From: Octopus bimaculoides
Taxonomy: Eukaryota
DNA length: 64,000 nt
Direction of reading: 5' to 3'
Assembly: GCF_001194135.2 (NCBI RefSeq)
Contig: NC_068984.1
Location: 11,590,132 to 11,654,131 of the forward strand
This document shows, in pieces, positions 63,336-64,000 of the stretch. The position numbers and the translations under genes are program-made. Within the stretch, counting starts at the first letter, position 1. Every line of letters begins with the position of its first letter. The notes below the pieces were generated by a model. The model made no database searches and was not told the DNA's origin. It saw nothing but the letters and a program-made list of their open reading frames with translations.

Positions 63336-64000
63336 TCTGAGTCAATAATATAAAGTACAAGTCAAGCACTAGGGTTGATGTAATTGACTAAATCCCCCTC
63401 CCAAACTTTGCTGGCCTTGTGCTAAAACCAGAAAGAAATTTATTTCAATAGTTTCAGAAAATATTAATGGAATCTTCATAGCATTGGATCGTTACAACTT
63501 AGACTATTGTAAAGAGCAGATGTTAATCTGCCCAAAGCTTGTTAGACTGTGCTTAAGAAACCAGAGCAACAGTGGGACCTGTTACATTATTCTCTATTTC
63601 AACAAACATTACCTCATATAAAGTTCTGTTTTCTTATTTATGTATTTATTTGACAATTGGAAACCAGGCAGATTATTTTCAGTTGACAACAATAGACATC
63701 AACAGAGCATTAAGCATGCTTCAAACAGATTTATATGGAGAGGCCTTATTAACAATTGTATGTTCTGTGTTTATACAGTGTAGCATTGACAATGAAGCAC
63801 GATCTCTCCTTCATGTTATAATAGTTTGTTTGTACATATTTCATTTCTCCTTACATTTTCTTACATTATAATACAATTTCTTTGTGACTGGAGAAGACTT
63901 GTAATTTACAATTGCATTCAAGTATTTCAAATTTAACACTATTCCATCCGATAAGAATTGCTGTGACACTAATTATTCTTTTCTTTTGGATGATAATAAG

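Overview
AT-rich, repeat-dense animal genomic DNA with 12 N-gaps. The SINE/LINE landscape and (TA)n/(CAT)n microsatellites point to an octopod cephalopod, probably Octopus; this is inferred from recalled repeat families, not a search. Two convergent protein-coding genes are present. (1) A Drosophila-type (type 1, light-sensing) cryptochrome on + whose whole 543-aa CDS is one exon (2365-3996), with a splice acceptor 7 nt before the ATG. (2) A glycogen phosphorylase on -, reconstructed by hand as 17 coding exons (54561 to 14711, 848 aa); the 3' part of exon 9 lies in a gap and all visible splice sites are GT/AG. The rest is tRNA-derived SINEs, RTE/CR1-L2/L1-type LINE remnants, Tc1/mariner, pogo and hAT MITEs, Helentron-like elements and microsatellites. 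There is no CRISPR array or prokaryotic system. Most notable: a 28S rRNA fragment covering the R2/I-PpoI/Pokey target site, with a duplicated junction and a 59-nt insert, in phosphorylase intron 1; substitutions at phosphorylase regulatory sites (Ser14->Thr, Phe285->Val, Asp838->Gly); the intronless cryptochrome with an altered C-terminal tail; a 66-bp hairpin 34 nt downstream of the PLP-lysine exon; and a retroelement orientation bias that flips at the phosphorylase 3' end. Repeat boundaries are approximate and reference sequences are quoted from memory.
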